Positions 11,384-64,000 of a stretch of DNA of 64,000 nucleotides are shown piece after piece (position 1 is the first letter of the stretch; each line of letters opens with the position of its first letter). The stretch is from Euglena gracilis (Eukaryota): NCBI GenBank assembly GCA_039621445.1, contig CP154954.1:43875847-43939846 (forward strand), in the 5' to 3' direction. Below the pieces are notes generated by a model. That model did not search any database. It was not told where the DNA came from and worked only from the letters and a program-made list of their open reading frames with translations. Position numbers and translations under genes: made by a program.

Positions 11384-13557
11384 CGCGCGCGCGCGCGCGC
11401 CGGCAAGTGCACGACGCTCTCCGTTGCCCGGGCGCCCTGGCCGCTGGCTGTACAGGTGCTGCCACACCCAGCGGTGGATGTTGAACGAGTTCAACCCAAT
11501 GGTGGACCAGATCCTCGACGGCTGGAGCGACGCCGACTTCCAGGCGTTCCAGGCCCAGTACGGCGAGGCGAAGCAGAACCTGTACGCCCCCCCCCCCTCC
11601 CCCGTTCAATATATGTCGTCGGCCGACACTTCCAGGACAACCCCATTGTAACCCCCTCCCCCCGCTGATGAGAACCTGCAAGGAGGTTTTCTCAGGCATT
11701 GTGCCACAGCCAGCAAGGACTGATTTTGATCTGGAACCTTTCATGAAACCCCCTGGCTATTTTCTGTGCCAGTTTTTTCAGAGCGACTGACTGGTTTTTG
11801 GCTCAAAATTGGGGAGGGGGTAGGTAGGCAAAGAGCCACCAAAATGATCGTTGCCATGGTCGGAAAGATTTATTTCGGCCACTTCCTGTGGTCAACTTCC
11901 CCTGGATCCCAGAGTGGCCGACCCCCACCGAAACTGTTTTTCATTGACTGCTTTTTTTTTAAGAAAAATGGTCGACTTGGTTCTTGGAAGAGTGGAAGTG
12001 ATCCCTCCCCTCGAAACCAAATGGTGTGGGCTCACCGGGCGCCCGATAAAGGAAAACCGCCTGGAGCTGGGTCATCGAAGCAGCGGGGGGTTCTCTGCCA
12101 GAGCCCCACTGGGCCCCTTTGGTCCACCTCTTATTGTTGTTAATGATGATGATGATGATGATGATGATAATAATATTGGTATTGTTGTTGTTGTTGTTGT
12201 TGTTGTTGATATTATTATTATTTTTGCTCCAGCAGTGCAAGTTTTTGGCGGGGGGGGTCTGCCTTTTTCCTCCTTGACCAGGGGCCACCAGCGCTCGCGT
12301 CCGATATTTAGCAAAACACTTCAAAACGCGGGTTGAAGTTTCATTTTTGTTTGGTTAGGGTGGCTGCCAGGCGTCGCTCAAGTCAACGTGGTGGGTTCCG
12401 CAGCCAAAGCCTTGGACCAGCCAACAGCCTTTTGCCAGCCTCGCACCCTCCCTCCTCCATCTGCAATTTCATTTTCATTTGCTTTCCAGCTGCCCAAAGA
12501 GCAGCTGGACCGTACCAGATTTTTTTTCTGGGAGGTGCAAAAATGGGCCAAAATGGGCAAAAATGGGCTAAAATGGGCAAAAATGGGCCGGAAACGGGAT
12601 GGCCAGGACAAACCTTTTGCCAAAAAAACCGGCCATTTTTGCATGATTTGCAGTTTTAGGGGGGAGGGTCATTCCTGCAATTTCGATTTTTTTTTTGGTA
12701 ATCAGTTCAAACCCGGATCGGGGCTTGTTTCTGCCGGGGGATGTGGGTGGGTGTCAGCCAGCTGCCTTCTTCCCTGTCGAGCCTTGCCTGTGCCCCACGG
12801 CACAGCCCTGCCCCCTCCCCGCTGTGTCCACAGGGGCCTGCTCGCCGCGGTCCAGACCTTCCAGCCCATGGGGCACGCCGCCCTGCCGAAGCCAGCCGCC
12901 CGGCCGCCCGCCAAGGCCGCCGCCTCGCTGCCATCTCGGCCCGGCCCTCCCCCCCCCCCCGACCAGATTGGCCACTGCATTGACAAAAATTAGCTTTAGT
13001 GATGGCGGATGTGTTTGGGAGTATGCTGCACCATTTCGAATTTGATTGGATTGTATTATTTAACGGGTTGGGCCGAATGGGATTTTCCCTCAGTATGAGC
13101 CCCATGTCGAAGAAATCAACCGCCGGCTTTTTCAAACAAAATCCCCACCGCCTGGCCAACCTCCCCTGGCAGTCCGGAGCGAATGCCACTCCATCAGTCC
13201 CAGCACTGTCATGACACGTCACAACACGCGCCAAAGGTCTAAGCCCCTCTCCCCCCCTCTCTCTCTCAGTCACTTCAACTGCCACAATACCACGAGCTTC
13301 TTTTTTTTTGACCGGCGTATCTTCGTCGCACTGCCCGCGCGGCGGTGTCCCGGGGGAGCGCCGGCCCCCGCCCCCCCATCCTGCCCGCCGCCCGGCCGTA
13401 CGCGGCGCTCCGGCGGCCGGCCCCGCTGCTGACCATCCCCGCGAGCAGACCGCCCGGCGTGCCGGCCAACCCGTACCGGCCCCCGCCGGCGTACCGGCCC
13501 CCCGCGATGGCGGCCGCGCCCACCGCTACCGCTGTGTCCCCCAAGGCCGGGGCGTAG
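71..13557 (+). CDS. Gene A (5'-partial, multi-exon): RRM-like domain + BMT5/DUF2431-type rRNA (uridine-N3) methyltransferase domain, Pro/Ala-rich linkers and tail
   Basis: Inferred exons ~71-116, 859-952, 1382-1447, 1566-1678, 3135-3254, 3508-3641, 3770-~3837, ~4765-4887, 5314-5352, 6637-~6685, ~7270-7379, 9075-~9185, ~10146-10193, 10232-10246, 11456-~11590, ~12834-12921, ~13365-13557 (TAG). DUF2431 motifs occur in the expected order: LIVGDGNFSFS, ATAYD, HFGVDAT, IVFNFPH, ANKLLLSSFF...GEIHVT, QWDI...PF..EDWPGY. RRM-like halves: AIRISGVPQRACVSDVVKFC and QAIAYVGSVLAMQHAL...LFGATVTI. Confidence 0.85.
953..1381 (+). other. Euglenid nonconventional intron
   Basis: c|aagCAGggcc...gcccCTGcctcc|g; CAG at +4..6, CTG at -8..-6, paired ends; splices in frame (PYR|AMAR). 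Confidence 0.8.
1448..1565 (+). other. Euglenid nonconventional intron
   Basis: c|gccCAGggc...cccCTGccggc|a; in frame (GPA|TLIS); junction 8-mers ccgccgcc/ccggcacc match at 6 of 8. Confidence 0.8.
2392..2630. repeat. (CACAA)n pentanucleotide microsatellite
   Basis: Direct inspection. Confidence 0.95.
3255..3507 (+). other. Euglenid nonconventional intron
   Basis: c|gccCAGcccc...ggCTGcacgc|g; in frame (IAP|YIG). Confidence 0.7.
3770..9185 (+). CDS. BMT5/DUF2431 SAM-dependent methyltransferase domain exons of gene A
   Basis: TLIVGDGNFSFSAALA (3770-), GDGIVATAYDREEDV (~4786-), VHFGVDATQM (5314-), YRFIVFNFPH (~6652-), ISIQANKLLLSSFFMQAKRLLTPDGEIHVTVK (to 7379), DRLLYRQWDIHKLA...WPGYAP (9075-). 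GT-AG borders at 4888/5313 and 7380/9074. Confidence 0.88.
4949..5239. mobile_element. hAT-type MITE, family 1 (TIR CAGGG(A/T)TTTTTTTAAG)
   Basis: TIRs plus a perfect 8-bp TSD ctgccaac (4941-4948 / 5240-5247); homologous to 21803-22035 and 32297-32606. Confidence 0.9.
5617..6131. repeat. Compound trinucleotide microsatellite (GTT)n-(CTT)n-(ATT)n
   Basis: Direct inspection; intronic. Confidence 0.95.
7678..8101. mobile_element. MITE, family 5, inserted in a CA microsatellite
   Basis: caggggagaatttgatatc...gatatcattccccccctg with atttccgca repeats. Confidence 0.75.
8102..8455. repeat. (CA)n/(GCAC)n microsatellite
   Basis: Direct inspection. Similar tracts at 11295-11400, 17328-17520, 23715-23998, 34303-34620, 43415-43672 and 47590-47697; (GGT)n at 43192-43243. 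Confidence 0.95.
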
Positions 13558-13991
13558 AGCGGGGGGCTCCCCCAATCCCAACCGCCGACCATCACCGACG
13601 CCTGCTTTTCAACGTGTTGCCAGTGTCACAGGTTTGCACACGGGTCATGCGATGCACAGCAGTTGGCTCTCTGTGCTCTCCTGGTGATAAGTTGACATTG
13701 CCATCAATCCTCCTGCCAGAAAAACCCCTGCCCCTGAGAATTGGCTTCTCAAGCCTGGCCGAGGGTTGCCAATTTGGCCTCATGGGAGATCCCCCCTCTG
13801 CGCGTGCGACTGTGGCCTCCCCGAAAAATGGTGTCCTTTTTACTGGGTGAAAATTGGCCCAAGTAGGCCAGGCGAAGTTATTTCCGCTTATTTTTTTTAA
13901 AAAAAGCCTGCCAAAATTGACAGGCTTTTTATGCGTTTTGCATGCATTTTTTGTAGAGAAAAAACCAAAAAGAAACCGCAACGCCTAGGAG

Positions 13992-14375
13992 CAGGCTATT
14001 GCTTAAGGGTTTGTCGTACCCCCCGGGGGGGGGGGGCAGCAGCTAATCCAACTTTGGCTGGTGGAAATCCTTTGGAGCCCCCCTGGGGGGTCTGTAGGGC
14101 TTGGTAATGGAATTAGTGACCAGCGCGAAACGCCGTTTTTTTTTGGACCTTCAAAACTTGTCAAAAAACGCCCATTTTTGGCCATTTCTGGTATTTTTAT
14201 TGGAACAAAATCCGCCAATAAAAACCACATTAAAACCCTCATTTCCACCTGAGCACGCAGCCCTGAAGGAATTTTTTCCCAGTAACCCCCCCCAGGGGGG
14301 GAGGAGGGTTTAGGTCCAGCCAGTGGCTTTTTCCCCCATTGTCTAGCAAAATGGCTATCCTTAAGCAATAGCCTG
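13992..14375. mobile_element. hAT-type MITE, family 2 (TIR CAGGCTATTGCTTAAGG)
   Basis: Perfect 17-bp TIR; TSD cctaggag/ccttggag; partial copies near 1800-2061, 2725-3090 and 31083. Confidence 0.9.
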
Positions 14376-15496
14376 CCTTGGAGGTTAGTATCTGGGCCTT
14401 ATGCAGAGTTCCACCGGAACAAGCCAGGAGCCGCGGGCCAAAAACCGTACCCCCCCCCCCGGGATGTGGCTTCAGCCAAGTTGGCGAGACCCAGGCCCTG
14501 CACCCGCTGGCTTGTCATGTGGAGATGTGCCGCCTGGGACTCTGTTTGCTTGACCGGTCAGATGGCCACTTCCCAGGCGTGGGGGGTGGTGGGCCCTCAG
14601 CCATCAGGAAGATAGCTGAAGTCCATCCGCCCCTTTCAATTCATTGGAGTTCGTTCTCCCCCCAGAGCTCTGTCCTTGTAGACACTTCTTACTCCCCACT
14701 CAATTCTCTGGGCACCCATTGGGATTTCTCCCCTGTATTTGGGAACTCGCTGGCAGACCGTTTATGTCTGTCCGTGGCTGCCTGCGTCCTAAGGCAGAGT
14801 ATTTTCTGCAGCAACGTGCAGTTGGGGCTGCAAGGCCGGCCCATCTGTCTTGGGAAAACATTTTTGGCAGTTGGGTTCAGCTGTGGCCCCGCCCAAAGCG
14901 ACTCCCACCTCCCACGGCACCCCTCCCCTGGATCCCCCCTCTTTTCTCTTCCTTTATTTAGCCCCCTGGGGGGAGTGCATCGACAGCCGGATCCAAATGG
15001 GATGGTGGATGCCTGCACGGTGCAAGGTTCTGGCCGGCTGTGGACTGGATACGGGCTGCCTCGCTCAAATCTTTGGCCCCAACGTGCAATTCAGCAGAAG
15101 TTCTGATTTGTTTGATGTTGGACCCATTTCACTTTTGCTTTTCTGGCTCAACCCATTCTCATTCGAGGCCTCGGTACCTCCTGCCTCCCCATAGTGCAGT
15201 GCGGCGTTTTGACCCCTCCTTCCTTGCACATATGCCTCAGTCTGTATGCCGCCCATGGGGAGGCGAACAGCATTTGCGTTGCCTGAACCAGTGTTGGGAC
15301 ACACCTGCTGCCCTGCTGCCCAAACTATCTCTATCTGCCACAAAATTCTCAATAAAACCGAAAATGTATGTAACCAATTTTTTTTGAATGTCTTTACTTC
15401 ATTTTGTCCTCTTGCGGGCATTGGGTACTCTTGCTGATATGCATACAGATGCAATTTCTGATTTCAAGAAGAGTTTGGTGATACACACGATGTGCA

Positions 15497-15511
15497 CTTT
15501 TTTTTTTTAAG
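15497..15511 (+). promoter_or_regulatory. Candidate polypyrimidine tract + AG acceptor (possible SL trans-splice site) just upstream of the putative gene B ATG
   Basis: c-T-run-aAG followed by a pyrimidine-rich stretch and ATG at 15526, ~2 kb after the gene A stop. Confidence 0.35.
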
Positions 15512-15525
15512 TTTCCTTGACCTTC

Positions 15526-36320
<20,795 letters not shown>

Positions 36321-39300
36321 GGTGACCCCGGTGGTAAACTAATCATCTTGGTGTTCTTCTCTGTCATGTTTAGTTTACTCACCCCCCCCCAATACTACCC
36401 CTCGACTCTCCATCATCATCCAGGGGAAAATTTTTGATCATTTTGCCTTTTTTTGCAACAGCTTCTGCAAGAAAATGAAAAGGTGAGAATTCGGTGAAGA
36501 TTTCCCCTCCCCACAAAGTTGTTATGTTCCCGAGAAGTTGTGACCTGGGCCTGACATGTTGTGTTAGGAGTTGTTACCTGGGCTTGTGCCGACTGACTTG
36601 TCAGGTGACAAATTTTCGGGGCGATTTTAATCCTGTCAGAAATTCATGAAATTAGAACTAATCATAGCTTTCTTGGTAATGTTTTGGGGGTCCATTTTGG
36701 CGAGATTGAGAATTTGTTGAGAATTTAGTATTATTGCTGTTGTTGTTGCTGCTGCTGTTGCTGCTGCTGCTGTTGTTATTCTTTTGTGGATACGGAATCT
36801 GTGGTTTCAACACAGGATTTATTGCTGCACCAGATCTTGGGGAGGAGAGGCCACATTCCAAAGGCCACACACCAAAAGAACCACCTTCACCGTGTTGGAA
36901 TTACCACTTGGATGCAAGCGTCTTTCGGGGGGACCCCCCCCCTCAAAGAGTCACCTTGGTCCCACGCAGGGGCACTGCTGCACTTCTTTCACTACGGTGC
37001 CCCGGCACACCATAGGCGGGCCAGGGCATCCGGGAGCCTCCTCCCAAGGGGGGGAGCTGTCGCTCCCCTCCACCTCCAGAGTGAGTGCCACACTTTGGAG
37101 GCTGGCACTCCACCTCAGAAGGGTGACAGTTGGCCCACCAGCGATAAAACCTCAGTGCAAACCTGACAGATGGCAAGCAACAAATACCAAAAGAACGACA
37201 CCATAAACAGGCTGTATCATAAGTCAGCCTTTATGCCCTTGTTTTTTTTGTATGTGCTCGAAGTCGTCCATCGACCGATATTTCTCGCGGTTTTGGAAGT
37301 GGGTGGAGGCTCCCCCCTTTTGGAGCGGAGGGCATTCCTATTGCGAATCCGAGGGCTCTCCAGGCTGCCCTCAGAGCCCCAACCCCGACTCCCGGGTCCG
37401 GCCGCGACTCCAACCGCGTCAGCCCCGTGTCGTCCTCCTCGGGGGTCGCCGCCTACAGCCCCACCTTTCCCCCGGCCAAGCCCAGCACCTCCGACCCCGG
37501 CGCCTGACCCCTGGCTGCAGCAGTCGCACCGCCACCCCCACCACCCCCACCGTTTCCTTCTCATCACCACGTCCTCACTTCTTCTGCTGTCCTCCAGAGA
37601 AAAAACAGGCACGGGAAAGACAGTTCTTTCACCCAGTCCAGGCATTCTGAAACACGCATTTTTGGGATGACCCTCCGTCCCTGAGAGGCTGATTTGCTCG
37701 GGCATTCACTCACAAAGAATTCTTCCGGGGGCATGTTTTCCCCCACCTCCACTCCTCTGGTAGTTTCCATCGCTTTGTGCTTTGTGTGCCTGAAACACGT
37801 CCCGAATCGTTGTGCAGGGTGGTTTTGTTCCTGACGGCCTCATACCCCTCACCAACCCTCCGGCTGTCGGGCCACCTTCAGGCATCTGCAATGTGTTGCC
37901 ACCTCTCACCCTTGAGGTGCGTGTCGCCATATGTGTATTTTTACATCCCACCCTCCTCATATCTCGCACACGCAGCCGATCGCACTCAATCTGCGATCGG
38001 CCCATCTGCATTTTGCTGATGGGTGAGGTGGTTCGATTCACTCCCCTAAGAAAGGATAATGCAGGTTGGTTGGTTGGTTGGTTGGTTAAAAGACATTGCT
38101 GGTGCCACTTGGTGTTTTAGGACACGCGGGCATTCTGAGCCCTATGGACAGTTCACCATAAAGGACTTGCCCAACAACAGGGATTTGCACACACATAGGA
38201 CACCACACACGTTACACAAGGGATTTTGTCATTTTGTGGCCCTCTGAACAGTTGCCTGCAAAAACCGCGAACAACATTTGAGGAGGCTCCAGAGCCTCCT
38301 CCTACGGCGCCTCCTCCTGCCGTAACCCCGCCACCACCTTCTAATTCCCACCCCAAAAGCAAAACTATGCTATTTTTTTTGGCATTTGGTGTTATTTTTT
38401 TGGTACAATCAGCCAAGCGACTTGCGACCCCCCTAATTAGGAGCCCCCTGTGGGCCTTCGATTTCAGGCCTGGCCGGACCTCTTTGCTGCCAACACCCCT
38501 GTTCGCCGTTCTTTCCCCCAAACAGCGAAGTCGGATCCTGCTTCTGGCTGCGGACTGGCACCCCCCCTCCTCCCTCCCCCTCGCAGCCGGTTTGAAGGTC
38601 GGCGCCGCTGCGGCCCGACCGTGCGGGCCGGGGCGCCCGCCACCGCCGCCCCCGGACCCGGACCCGCCCGCCCGCCGCCGCCGCTGGCTGCGCCGCGCCC
38701 GGCACCCCACCCCCTGCCCTGCCGAGGGCCCCGCCACCGCCGGGCACGGGCAGGCATGCGGTTCCGATGCAGACGCGCATTGGCCCCGCCGCCTGCGCCG
38801 GGGGGCAGGCGAGGGGGGACGCCCCAGGGCCTTGGCGGTCACAGCACAGCACCCGCCCACGCGTGACCCCTGGCAGTGCGCTCCAACTGAAGCTGTGTCG
38901 AACGATCACAAACACCGGCGTTTTGGGGGTCCAGGGGGTGGTCATGCGCATCCCCCGCCCCAGGCTTCTCGTCATCGGGGCCCGCGGCAGGCGGCGGTCG
39001 CCGTCCGCCGCCCCGTGGCCCGGGCGCCGCCCCGGCTAACCCCACTGCCCCACATCGCCCGCATGCCCGACCCACAGCCGCTCTCCTCCGTTGTCCGTGC
39101 CCGGTGTGTGCTGCGGGCAGGGGGTGGGGGGCAGGTTGTCTCAACCGCACGGTGTGCCAGTCAATCACCAGTCAATGACCTCCCGCTCCCCTAGGGAGGC
39201 GTTTGACTGGTGTTTGTGTATGGAATGCCCACCCCCGGAGGGTCGGCCAGAAGTGGTTGAAAGTGCTGGATTGGACCCCCTGGGGGGTGGGGTGCCCCAC

Positions 39301-41054
39301 CAGAAACCCTCCTCCTCCTGACGTTGAAGTCCAATCTGGCTCTCACTGGAGACGAGGAGGTGGGCCAAGATGAGTGGGAAGGAAACATACCGCTGGGGTG
39401 TGCCCTATGCAATTTGTCGTTCCAGCGTGGGGCTATGTGCGATGCCCGGACTTCTTGTTTCGCGATCACGAGTGGGCCCACCACCCGCTCAGGTGTGGGA
39501 CCTGGGGTGGGGGGGGAGGTCTGGGACGCTCTGCTGGGGGAGGGGGGAGGCAGGCAAGGAAAAGCCCGACCATTTTTAACCTAAGGTTTCGCCGCTTTTG
39601 CAGCAAAAGATTTTTCGGTCGGGCCTAAACCCGGGGAGTTTGGGCCCAAAATCAGGAGGGGTGATTGGGCAACAGGGCGGCCTGGCACTTCCCCAAATAT
39701 AGGCGGCTGGCTGCTTTTTATTTGGGTCTCTAAAATAGGCTGAAAATAGGCGTTGGGAAGGTTGCATATGGACCATCGTGGATCATCTTTGCTCCATTCC
39801 AATGCCATTTAACCAAGAATTCCTTTACAACATCCAGCCAGGGTCCCCCTCCTGGCACCTAAGGCACCGGAATTTTTCGGAAAAATGGCCAAGGTCCATT
39901 TATGTTTATTATTTATGTATTTTTTTGTCCAAGTGGCCAGAGAGACCGACCCTGGGGGAGGGCTGGGAAGTGTGTGGTCCTTTAAAAGTGGAAACCGACT
40001 CCTGGGGGTCGCTTTCCAATTGTAGGGTCTGGACATCGGTGTACAATCCGGTCATTTGCCCACCTCCACAACCCCCCCGTTTGTTGCGGCTTTCCCGCCA
40101 CGCTCCCCTCCTGGCACATCAACGTCACTGCACAATGGGTCAGAAAACCTCCCCAGCTTCACGTGCCAGCAGGCTAACTGGCCCGGTTGGCCCCAACAAA
40201 CCCCTCTCCTTCCCAACAGGAACCGGCAGCCGCGGGCCAGCCACCTGCCCCTACGGCGTCCCCAATCCGAGCCAGGCCTGAGTGAAGGCATGCCCCCTTT
40301 GTGGTGCCGTGTGTGTGCCGGTGGCAGTCTGCTGAGCCCAGGACCCGACTTGGGTGGCTGGACTCAGCCAAGACCCCCCCCCCCCGTCACTTCAAGCGCC
40401 AAGTGTCAAGCTTCTTTTCCAAATCCCACTTGGTGGGGTCGGGGTGGGTTGGTGATGGGCCCGGGGCTGAGCCTGGCTGAGCCCCCCTTTGTACCCCGGG
40501 GGCCCATTGAGGGACTCCTCCCCCCAAGGGGGTCACCCAATGGACTGGGGGTGCGTCGTTTCTGTCACGAAGCCTGGGAAACTCGGGAACCAGTTTGTTC
40601 CTCCAGTACCTCCTGCCCCTGAACTGGGAGGGGAGGGTGGGGGGAGCGGTATGCTTTCTCTCCCTTTTGTTTTAGACCCTCAGGTTCCACTCAGGTTTGT
40701 GTGGGACCCTCCTGGGGGAGCGAGGGTCATCCTCAAACCCTGAAACAACCCCCAAATGAAGTGCGCTGTACAGGAAGGCCTGCTGGGGGGAGCCCCACCC
40801 ACCACAGCACTGCGCAAGGAAAAACTTGACCAAAAATTGGTACCCCTGGAAATGCAGGAAGGGGGGTAGTCAGACCCTACCCACCAGGATGGGGATGGGG
40901 GGTCAATAAGTGCCCCCAAGAGTCTGAACCTGCGGTCCAAAACGTGCACACCCCATGCATTTCAATGGGGTTCACCCTTTTTGTTGTCAAGGGGATCTCA
41001 GCCCTCCCCTGGACGCTGCCCTGCCCACGCCCTCCACCCCCTGCCACTTCCCCT

Positions 41055-63545
<22,491 letters not shown>

Positions 63546-64000
63546 GTGCGCCCTGTGCTGCCGCTGGCCGGCTGGCCCATTTTCTTTGTGTCTCCCACCG
63601 AGAAGGTTGTTGCTGGGCTTTTTATCAGGAAGTTCGCACCCCCCCCCCCTGGAGGGTGGATGCAGGCAGGAGGGGTCGGGGGCTGCTGTAGCACACCCTT
63701 CCACCCCCAGCGCCAATGTGCTGGGGGCGCGAAAATGGCCCACAAGGATAATTTGTCTGGGTCGGCAGGCAGCCGAGCCCAAAACTGACCACTCTTGGGA
63801 CGGTTTGCCTGCTATGGACAGGCACCCCACGGCGCAAGGCACTCCCACCAGGGGTTGATAAAAAAAGAAGTCTGGACGTTGCACTTGGGCTGCCGCGGTG
63901 TAGGCCATGCACCCGTCTTGCCTCAGGGCATCATCTGCGGAAATGGCGCCGGCAGAACCATTGGCCAGGCCAGCCTCCGCCCCATCCCCAACAAGCAGGG

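Overview
Eukaryotic nuclear DNA, most likely a euglenid (Euglena-like). Short GC-rich exons are separated by a mix of GT/GC-AG introns and euglenid nonconventional introns (N3-CAG...CTG-N5|R with base-paired ends), and the introns are filled with microsatellites and nested DNA-transposon relics. Three co-oriented + strand genes can be pieced together by hand: (A) an RRM-like plus BMT5/DUF2431 rRNA methyltransferase-domain protein (5' end outside the window, stop at 13557); (B) an M20D amidohydrolase homologue whose reading frame looks intact but whose metal-binding and catalytic motifs are systematically replaced; (C) a coiled-coil/Pro-rich protein with eight exon-encoded copies of an unfamiliar FDGA(C/T)(S/T)FxxRF motif, including a recently triplicated 174-bp exon. 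Main observation: hAT-type MITEs here end in CAGG...CCTG with 8-bp target duplications, the geometry (3+5=8) needed for exact removal as nonconventional introns, which suggests an introner-like system. All exon borders were inferred manually and some are approximate.
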